DNA of 20,000 nt, taken from positions 54,345 through 74,344 of the forward strand of contig UYFQ01000311.1 in assembly GCA_900617105.1 (NCBI GenBank). The letters run 5' to 3'. The notes beneath the pieces are model-generated. The model was given only the letters and a program-made list of their open reading frames with translations, was not told the origin of the DNA and did not search any database. How positions within the stretch are numbered: position 1 is the stretch's first letter; every line of letters begins with the position of its first letter. Shown here in pieces: positions 12,464 through 20,000 of this stretch. The translations under genes and the position numbers were made by a program. This DNA is from Hydrurus foetidus. Lineage: Eukaryota.

Positions 12464-14632
12464 ATGCCTCCCAGCTCCGTATTGCTGTTTGAGATCAAGT
12501 CCAGGCAGAATGTGCTCATCGTTCGTGCTGGTTTGTCAGTTCCCTCTCAAGAAATGTCGGCCAAACAAATTAATGTCTCCATGATGACGCAATATCTATT
12601 TCAAGTGGGCAACTACCGACACAATCTTGGTTGCCCTCCAAATGCTTTCCTTCGATCCTCCAGGCATTGTGACGCATCCGTCACTGACAGTGAATTACAC
12701 AATGGAAATACACTGTGGAGGAAGTTTGGCGCCATCAAAAAATACGTCAACAATAGTATTACTCCGATCTATGTTAAATTATTGGGACCAGATGGGAAAC
12801 CTTCATCAGGACTCACTACTGCGGATATCCTCCATAAAACTCGGAAAATTCTATACGACAAAGAGCAGGATGAGGCTAAAGCTCGGTCCAGAAATCAAGG
12901 CACCTTCACCAAGAAACCTTTCTCACCAACCTGGTTTCCAGTAGAATGGGAAGTCTTTGTTCTATTTGGAAGAGCTTCTGATGCTCTAGAGAGAGCTTTT
13001 TTCATTGAGTAAGTATTCATTCGTAGTCATACATCTATACTACAACATGTTAATGTCATCTCTTGCATACGTTTTGCAGAAGATTAAGTGATCCATCAGA
13101 TGTTACCGCCTCATCAACTGCTGCTCGTCTCTCACGATCTGAAGCTCGCAAACAACAGAGGATTAGTAAGAGGGCAGCTGAAAACGAGAAGGTCAGAATG
13201 GATTTGAAGAAACCTACTGCCTTCCAAATCAACAGCAAAAAGGATAGGAAAGTCATGAACAATCAAGTTTTATTGACTCGAACTACTGTCTCTATCAAGA
13301 AGAGATCATATGTAAGTCCTCAATGATAATTAATGCTTTCAAATGATGATATGCAATTCTCGAACTCATTTGTTTCCTTTATTCATGAAGCGATTCGAGG
13401 AGCTGAAGTTCCTCATGAATATGGAGGAGGATCCTATCAGGAAGAAGGAGCGTATGCGCACTATTGAACTCTTTCTGGACAAGGATATGGAAGAAATCAA
13501 TCTTTGCGACACATCCTCAGATGAGGATGAAACCAAAGATCATTTGAGCGAGGTTACGAAGAGCACAGTAACAACTAAAGAGGCGCCCAAGATTCGCAAT
13601 AGACTCCCAGGTATTATTGAGAAATGGAACTCCGACGTATCTGACGAGGAAGAAAATGACAATCAGAATAACGATCAAGACAAGGATAGAGACGACGAAG
13701 AAGAATCATCTGAGGAGGATACTGACGAAGATTCTCATACATCCAACAATCGAAGGAGTGGGAGGTCCATACCATCCGAAGGAATGAGAAGAGGATCTGC
13801 CAGAGCTTATGCCGACGACAGCCAACTTAATGTTTCGACAACAAGCAACTCAAGTCAAGCTAAATCTACTACAAGCAACTCAAGTCAAGTCGGTAGAAGA
13901 AAACAACCACAGTATGAGAATGAAAAGCAGGCCAACTGTTCTATTTCCAGCTCATCAAGTCAAGTACTACAGTCCCGTCCCAATACACTACCCACAACAA
14001 GAAAGAATACTACAATCTATGACGAAGACAGTCAAACGTCACTGAGATCCAACGTGAGCAATGAAAATGAAGCCAGAAGAGGCAAAAGAATAATCACCGA
14101 CGACAGCCAACTTTCCGACACTCAGCAATCTACATCATCTACTGCGACAAGAGTGGATCAAAGATCCAACGCTGCCGAGCCAACACTCACTGGCAAGACC
14201 ACACAACCATTACATATCGCAAGACCAACTATATCAACTGAAGAGGAAAACTACTACCCAACACAAGAGAGTCAAACTCAACATAGTTTATTTACCATTG
14301 AAGAGCGCCTTGATGAAACACAATCGGAAGCTGAAGATCGTATTCTATTGGAGACGAGTATGGAGATAGAAGCATTAAAGAAGAAGAGAGCAAGCTTGGA
14401 GAATAACATTGATGAGAACGTCATAACAGAGGATTCTCAGTTGACTAGCTGTGACAACGAAATATGCTCTCCAATATTGGCCAAAAACAATCCACCAGTT
14501 TCTATTCCCTCCTATAGAACAGTAACACGTTCATCCGCCACGAAGAAGAAGAGGTCAGAACTGGCAGAGGAGGAGGAAGATGCTTTCGATGTCTTCGGGT
14601 CGTACAAGAAACCCAAGAATAAGAGGAAATAA
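12464..14632 (+). CDS. Harbinger ORF2 (putative Myb/SANT-trihelix-like DNA-binding accessory protein), 3 exons, about 672 aa, apparently intact
   Basis: Exons 12464-13008, 13080-13311 and 13391-14632; introns are 71 and 79 nt, both GTAAGT...AG; total 2019 nt. The start MPPSS is supported by alignment to the paralog at 17696. The N-terminal domain has LWRKFGAIKK and PSSG...DIL...LY...EW, reminiscent of plant Harbinger ORF2 Myb-like/NAM-associated regions (from memory). It is followed by an acidic S/T/Q-rich disordered tail and a basic C-terminus KKPKNKRK (NLS-like). The second acceptor (GAAG at 13387-13390) is the least certain junction. Confidence 0.8.
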
Positions 14633-14834
14633 ATACTAAATTTCTCACCCATATTACCATCCATATTTTTCATTTTAACATATCATTGTTTTTTAAAAGT
14701 CCGTTGATGTTGTATTTCTTGTTTAAAACTCTACATTTACAGGGATAACGCTGGCAAAATTTAAAACTTTTCACTCAAAAAACTTAAATTAATTTCACAA
14801 AAATGAATCACTATATGAGAACTGTACATTCTAA

Positions 14835-16249
14835 TTATTTCTTCTTTTTAAGCCACTGAACTTGATTTCTCTTATACTTCCATACGAAGTGATCTACAAG
14901 TTTTTTCTGTAATGTAAGATAAGATGATTCATAGTCAACATCACTTGATCCATGTACTACTCTAAAACGATCCTGGACCGCAATCGTACCAACTAAAGAG
15001 TAATCGGTTATTGGTGTTAAGTTGCGTACTCTACTCAAATGTTGTCTAAATATTACCATATCTTCATGTGCATGATCACCATCAAGACCTAAATAATTAA
15101 CATTATGCTCCCACCTTTCATCTAATCCATCGAAATGTAATAATATATTGTGTAATATACAACAACAATAAAACATGTTATCAATAGTATCTTTATCATG
15201 ATAATAGATTGGTAATTTAAGGCAACGAAATCTACCTTTTAAAACCCCGAATACACATTCAACATCCTTTCTAACAGTCTCCGCCCATTCACTCCATAGT
15301 GCCTCCCTTGGTATAGCGGAATGTTTTAAAGGACACTGTAAACATCTCCACTTGTGGTAACCACCGTCCACTAATAACCACGCACCCTTTTCCTCATACT
15401 CTTCACCGTCGACTGTATTCATTTTGTACTTGACATCACTATATCTTATACCATCATGAATATCACCAACAAAACCATCAAAAGTACAATTGTTTGATCA
15501 CTTCTAGCTCCAGGGAAACCATGAGTGCATGATATAATCTTTGAGGTATGATCACATGTAACTTCATATGATAGTGTGGGAAATCCCTCTTTGCCTTTAT
15601 GTAGGAATCTTTCTCCAGTAGAACACCTTTCCCACTTGATATGGACACAATCAGTACTCCCAATACAACCAGGAAAACCAAGTCTATCATAGACCGCCAT
15701 TGTTTTTGCTATTTCTTCTGGTGTCTCAGGTGGATTGCAGTAAATTTTGTAATACCTCTTGGCAAATTTGTTACACCAGTTGTGAAAGAAAACTCTATTC
15801 ACCTCAGCACTGATGTAAGAAAGTTCCTCTATCCCATCAAAGCAATATCCCCTTCCAAGAACGCGAAGTACCCCCAGAATTTTAAGCTCTAACGGAGCAC
15901 ACCTTTGACCCACAGCATCTGGTCTTTCACTAAACCATTCATTCGACCTAGTCATCTCTACCAATCTTTCATATAAAGGAAAAGGTACTCGAAATCTTGT
16001 CCTAAAAAGCACCCTGCCCTTCCGATCAGTAGGATCTCTTGTTCTAGGATGAACCAACATACGACCCCAACATGATAACTCATATGGCGGACGCCCTTCC
16101 CATTTTCTTTTTCTAAAAACAGGGACAGCTTTCTTTTTGGCGTTGATTTCCTCAAGAATTTCCTCCAAACGCGCTTTCTTACGTTAGATAAATTTAGCCA
16201 TGCGAAAACAAGCATCACCCAGGATTTCCTCGTCGGAGTCTGAGCTCAT
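14835..16249 (-). pseudogene. PIF/Harbinger DDE transposase (Plant_tran/ALP1/HARBI1-like), about 471 aa when repaired; disrupted
   Basis: Motifs LFRTRFRVP, LGFPGCIGSTDCVHIKWERC (D1), PTLSYEVTCD, GFPGARSD, LLVDGGY (D2), RKDVECVFGVLKGRF (E) and CCILHNILL. From the ATG at 16249 (MSSDSDEEIL...) there is an in-frame TAA at codon 22 (16184-16186). A 1-nt deletion near 15480-15485 joins QTIV to FDGFVGDIHDG...YKMNTVDGEE in the next frame. Confidence 0.93.
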
Positions 16250-16490
16250 CTTGTTGATAAATAGTGATAAATATTGTGATTTGTGGATGATTTAGATTGA
16301 AGATCAAAACCTCATCTACATCCGAAAGCAAGAACATGTAATCGATGAAATTATGTTTCGTGCTATTACCATAAGGTCAGTCGCTTACAGAAAACCAAAA
16401 AAAATGTAATCCGCATAAGGCCAACCCAAATTTGTCGCCGAAAAAATGTTTCTGGCTACAGAAAAAGTAAAACCTAAAAAATGTTTTGTG

Positions 16491-16512
16491 TGGCGCATAA
16501 GGGACGGCCTAA
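16491..16512 (-). repeat. Right terminal inverted repeat plus TAA TSD
   Basis: TGGCGCATAAGGGACGGCC|taa. Confidence 0.9.
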
Positions 16513-17420
16513 TGAGAGATCGTATGATACATATCGGTACGCCAGAGAGATCATCTTCGATAACTTCCATTTCGATGTTGGAGAGCACTCTCTGTCGAGT
16601 GGTTCGAGAGGATGAAGACTTTTCTCATTTGTTTGTGGCGTTGTGCTGACAGGACTTGATGAAATATTTGTTTTCGAGGAAATGTGATTTTCATTGATCA
16701 GACTGATGCTACGTAACACTCTCGTCATCTTCAACTGTTGAAGGGGAGATAATGGCAAGGCAGAGCATCAAGACTGCTTTCGACTCTCGAGTGAAGAGAA
16801 CGGTTCAGATTGTTTGATGGGTGTTATCTTACAAATCTGGATTGCTGACTAATGTGGTTGTGGTTACTTCCAACGTGGCTGCTCCTCGTGGTTATGATGA
16901 TTGCGATTGACAACATGGATGCAGTAAGCGCCCCTTGTCTTCTACAACAAACATTATGACTTCAACAAAGTTGGGAGTAGCCGATGTGGAAAGAAAGAAT
17001 GTTCCGCGATGAGATAGGTCGCGTGAATCCACAGAAAAAAAATGTAGAGATTCGCAGAATCTTAAGACACCTTGATGACGATGTCTTGAACAGTGATGAC
17101 GGCACTTTGTGACGCTTTCGTCAACAGAGGTGATACAATGGTTGCAGAATTACGGTGTCGGAGCGACAAATAGCGGAGTGCATGCGGCCATACACGCTCC
17201 TTGAATCAAGGAACATCCGGCACACGCTGCTGGCACGCCGTAAAACCAGCCGTACCAGGTCGCTGGTGCGGTAACGCCCGCTGTGACTCCGACTGCTGCG
17301 AGGCAGCTGACATAGCCTGCATTGCACGCTGTGTAGCAAAGCCCTCCAGCAACGGGTCCGCTGAGAGCGGTGGCGAGTGCTGCGAGTGCGACGAGGAGTT
17401 GGAAGAAAATGCTTGGTGAG
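16513..17420 (-). pseudogene. Proximal part of the decayed minus-strand ORF interrupted by the Harbinger insertion
   Basis: One frame reads ...LSADPLLEGFATQRAM...RVPDVP*FKERVWPHALRYLSLRHRNSATIVSPLLTKASQSAVITVQDIVIKVS*..., then S/T-rich segments with frameshifts. After removing the element and one TAA, VLSNIEMEVIEDDLSGVPICIIRSLI continues open into SKIQNTTLV...RGRRSDDDEEEYGG* on the other flank. Confidence 0.35.
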
Positions 17421-17487
17421 CGAAGATAGGAGACGAAACGTGGTGCGGGACCAATCGGGTCAAAATGACGTGAATTGTGTTGTTGTT

Positions 17488-18447
17488 GGCTAGTCCTTAT
17501 AACGCGTGTATTTTACATTTTTTGGATCCTTTTTTTGTAAATATCGCTGGCGACATGGCCTTATGACGCTAAGAAACGTGGAAATAAAAAATGTAAACGA
17601 CACATTCGTCCGAACGCCGCAGAAAAGGGGTACTTTTTTTGCGACAGAAATCGACAGGTGACGCTCATTTACACAATTCTGAAGGCACATCAATCATGCC
17701 AATAAGCTCAGAGGAACTCGCGGATATCAAGTCCAAGCAGTATGTGCTCATTACACGGGCTGGCTTATCGATTCTGTCAAGCAAAATGGACTCTAAAACG
17801 ATTTTCAAGAGTATGTTAAAACAATTTGACTGTCATGTGCAGAGAATCGAGCTGCCACAAGGGTTAGCGAAGAACGCTTATAATAGGACATCTCGGCAGT
17901 AGGATAAGACTGTGACGGAGAAGGAAATTCATGATGCAGAGTCACTCTGGAGGAATTATAGCGCCATCAAGAAATTTGTCAACAATCAAATTACCCCCCA
18001 CTACGTCAAGCTATTGGGAGCAGATGGCCTACCTCCATCTGGTATGAACAAAGAAACCATTCTCCTGTAGACAAAGGAAGCTTTGTATAAGGCTGAACAA
18101 CTGGCCGCAAAAAATCGATCAAAACATCCTCCCTCTTTCAAGATGAAGCCATTTAAACCATCATATCAACCTTGTGAATGGGAAACCTTCTTGACCTTTG
18201 GTCCACCATCTGAGAAGCCCGAGAAGGCCCTTTTTATAGAGTAAGTTGTTTTGATATACCGCACGAATTAAGCTCTTACTGATCATATGAATCATCTATC
18301 AATGTAGGAAATCATCTGTTCCACCCTCCGACATGACATCTTCTTCCACCATTCGACCTACAAAAACTGAGGCTACGGAGGAAACTATCTATCTCCCATT
18401 TTGAATAAGACCAACCAAGATGTTCGAATCACGCGTCAATTCGTTTA
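17488..18447 (+). mobile_element. Left end of a second, diverged PIF/Harbinger element, truncated or interrupted by the LTR element
   Basis: GGCTAGTCCTTATA...TTTTTGGATCCTTTTTTTGTA...GGCGACATGGCCTTATG mirrors the left end of element 1 (GGCCGTTCCTTATG...TTTTTGGATGGCTTTTTTTGTA...GGCGACGTGGCCTTATG). An ORF2 homolog starts 208 nt in (220 nt in element 1). No right TIR or transposase is in the window. The preceding trinucleotide is GTT, not TAA/TTA. Confidence 0.8.
17696..18374 (+). pseudogene. Harbinger ORF2 paralog (exon 1, intron and start of exon 2) with two nonsense codons
   Basis: Exon 1 (17696-18240) is 545 nt, the same length as in element 1, and aligns without gaps at 89/182 aa identity by hand count. 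It has the same phase-2 intron after FIE (18241-18307). In-frame TAG at 17900-17902 and 18068-18070. Exon 2 KSSVPPSDMTSSSTIRPTKTEA resembles RLSDPSDVTASSTAARLSRSEA. Confidence 0.9.
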
Positions 18448-19435
18448 TGTGAAGTCATGCTCTTCCTCCGGGGTCTCCGGACCCCGGACCCTCTGACAGT
18501 ACATACGTGCTTGTAGATGTATGGTAGTTTGAGAGGTCAATCCTGACATCTCGAACCTTTCAGTGCAACGTTTCAGTTGTTTATCCCATAGACAGCTTCC
18601 CCCCGTTGTATCTCTAAGAGATTCTTTCTTGCCAATTCTACTCTTCTTCCATCCCCTCTCGGACCACAGTAGCGCTACTTGTCCATTTTCCCTCTAATTT
18701 CTACTGCAACTCCCATCTTCTACAATCCATTTCTGCTTAGCTAGACTTCCTGTCCACGCGGTCACAATCCACGTCCCAGGAAGCCTCTCAAGTCGTTTTC
18801 AGGAGGCCCAATCAAGGCCCATCAAGTTTCAAGTCGCCGCGCCAAGTTGCCGGAGCGACTTGCTTGATATTTTATTTCGCTGAAGAATCAAAGTCAATTC
18901 CGATTTGATAGAACATAAGTACCCCTTATTTGAATTCTAAAAGACGGAGCCGGAGCAGCAGCCTTCACTAGCTGGAAATTTATAGCTACCGTGGAACGTT
19001 GGAGGAGCTTTCTTCGTGGAGATCTGTTCTTCCATTTTTCGGAAGAATTATGTAGCACCTTCAATTATTTTTCGTGTCTACCTTTTAATTCTAATTTCCT
19101 AAAGTCCGTCGAAGACAGCGTTTAAGGAGACGCTCTAGGGAAACCCCTCGCAAAATTTTTGCAGGATTTTTAAAGATCTTAGAGGTTTAAAAGAGTTTTA
19201 AAGAAAGTTTTAGGACACTGTGGCCTTGCCAGGATCTGGGCGTTGGGAGCGGGACGGCTGGGAGCGGGAGCAAGGGAAAGGAAGCTGGGAGAGCTATTGC
19301 GATGGAAACAATGTGGTTAGCTTACAGGTAAACACAGCAGGTATCATGGCAATGAATCGGATGGATCGGATCGTCCTCGATCCGGTCCGAACGTACGCCT
19401 GTACCCGTACAGCCCGTACGGGTGTGCGGGTCACA
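18448..19435 (-). repeat. Putative 3' LTR (about 988 bp) of the Gypsy element
   Basis: On the minus strand it begins TGTGA (19435) three nt after the PPT. The candidate end is ...CTTCACA (18448), giving a TGTGA/TCACA terminal inverted repeat. It contains CTATAAAT and a GC-rich hairpin near the end. The distal boundary is inferred because the 5' LTR is outside the window. Confidence 0.6.
18978..18985 (-). promoter_or_regulatory. Candidate LTR TATA box (CTATAAAT)
   Basis: The + strand ATTTATAG reads CTATAAAT on the element strand, about 450 nt into the LTR. Confidence 0.45.
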
Positions 19436-19438
19436 GTG

Positions 19439-19451
19439 CCCCTCTCTCTCT
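19439..19451 (-). other. Polypurine tract (AGAGAGAGAGGGG)
   Basis: 13 purines on the minus strand, followed by CAC and then TGTGAC, about 195 nt after the pol stop codon. Confidence 0.8.
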
Positions 19452-19645
19452 AAAGGGGTGTACTAAATGACAAAATTCATCATCAAAATACTAACTATGA
19501 GTAAGTAACTAACTTATTGAATAACTATTTCAGACTGAGAACTGAGAGTTCCTTACTGAATAAACCTCCCTAAAATCCCTGAGGATCCAATTTAGGAGGA
19601 ATCTTTATGATTTAGTTAATCAATTTTTTGTTTTATTTTTACCGG

Positions 19646-19999
19646 TTAACGGTAGTTTGCGATGAATTCGCGTGGTATTAAGTGTTTGAGGTTCTTTTTG
19701 ATTAAGAACTCATGTACTTTTTGCGCTTTACGCATGTGTGTCCACGGTTCCCATGTGTTGTGTTCATGGGTGTAGTTGAGCCATTTCACATGAAATGTGA
19801 GTGATTTGTATGCTCTTATGTTTCCTTTCATTTCTAGGATCTCCTCTATGAAGAATTCTAGATAATCTCTACGAGCGATGTCAGTTGGATCGACATGCGT
19901 AGGATCAAAGTGAAACGGTTTGAGTTGGGTCATGTGGTACAACTTTTCTTTGTGTGTTACCAGATCGAGTAATGTATACTCTGCGAAGTTGTGGCTCTG
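19646..19999 (-). CDS. Gypsy Pol C-terminus: integrase GPY/F-type tail plus chromodomain (partial; runs off the window)
   Basis: The frame is open to the window edge: QSHNFAEYTLLDLVTHKEKLYHMTQLKPF (Y.L...H...LKPF integrase tail), then EFFIEEILEMKG...LTFHVKWLNYTHEHNTWEPWTHM (chromodomain signature F..E.IL / VKW..Y / NTWEP). Confidence 0.9.
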   Translation of the reverse strand, partial: QSHNFAEYTLLDLVTHKEKLYHMTQLKPFHFDPTHVDPTDIARRDYLEFFIEEILEMKGNIRAYKSLTFHVKWLNYTHEHNTWEPWTHMRKAQKVHEFLIKKNLKHLIPREFIANYR

Positions 20000-20000
20000 A

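Larger units (their letters stand above)
12244..16509. mobile_element. Complete PIF/Harbinger superfamily DNA transposon, 4266 bp; non-autonomous as sequenced
   Basis: Left TIR GGCCGTTCCTTATGCCGCCA (12244-12263) matches the reverse complement of the right end, GGCCGTCCCTTATGCGCCA (16491-16509). TAA flanks both ends (12241-12243, 16510-16512), the TAA/TTA TSD typical of PIF/Harbinger. Contains a Harbinger-type DDE transposase and a second ORF. Confidence 0.95.
18448..20000 (-). mobile_element. 3' portion of a Ty3/Gypsy chromovirus-type LTR retrotransposon
   Basis: Minus-strand order is integrase C-terminus, chromodomain, stop, short UTR, polypurine tract, TG-initiated LTR. Confidence 0.85.

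Noticed and set aside
15478..15490. Programmed frameshift or intron in the transposase
   Set aside because: No slippery heptamer or suitable GT-AG intron is evident. One missing base restores the frame, and the gene also has a nonsense codon, so mutation or sequencing error is simpler.
17201..17419. Cys-rich + strand ORF resembling a metallothionein
   Set aside because: It has a non-ATG start and is short. It is more simply explained as the antisense of the Ser/Gln/His/Ala-rich decayed minus-strand frame.
17900..18070. In-frame TAG/TAA codons as evidence of stop-codon reassignment or readthrough
   Set aside because: The 666-codon host gene and the intact ORF2 contain no in-frame stops, TAA ends several ORFs normally, and the affected genes show other decay (frameshift, truncation).
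12244..18447. RNA-guided nuclease cargo (Fanzor/TnpB) in the transposons
   Set aside because: No RuvC motifs or paired CxxC zinc ribbon in ORF2 or its paralog, and no room for another ORF inside element 1.
19215..19438. Short 218-bp LTR or MITE bounded by the CACTGTGGCC/GGTCACAGTG inverted repeat
   Set aside because: There is no TSD, and the TATA box, hairpin and TGTGA/TCACA terminus further along favour a ~1-kb LTR. It cannot be fully excluded without the 5' LTR.

Overview
AT-rich, intron-rich eukaryotic genomic DNA using the standard code and GT-AG introns. Bases 67-10148 (+) hold the 3' part of one host gene. I can chain 20 phase-compatible exons into about 666 aa (684 aa with an alternative donor): a low-complexity acidic region, a long coiled coil and a globular C-terminal domain, with microsatellite-laden introns. 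The rest of the window is a nested cluster of transposable elements. (1) A complete 4266-bp PIF/Harbinger-type DNA transposon (12244-16509) with ~19-20-bp TIRs and a TAA target-site duplication. It carries an intact 3-exon accessory gene (ORF2, about 672 aa, with an SQ/TQ-rich disordered tail) facing a DDE transposase disabled by one stop and one frameshift. (2) A heavily decayed minus-strand ORF that this element appears to have split. (3) The left end and pseudogenised ORF2 of a second, diverged Harbinger family member (17488 to about 18447). (4) The 3' end of a minus-strand chromodomain-bearing Ty3/Gypsy LTR retrotransposon (integrase tail, chromodomain, PPT, ~1-kb 3' LTR), apparently inserted into (3). 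All calls come from manual reading; no database searches were run.
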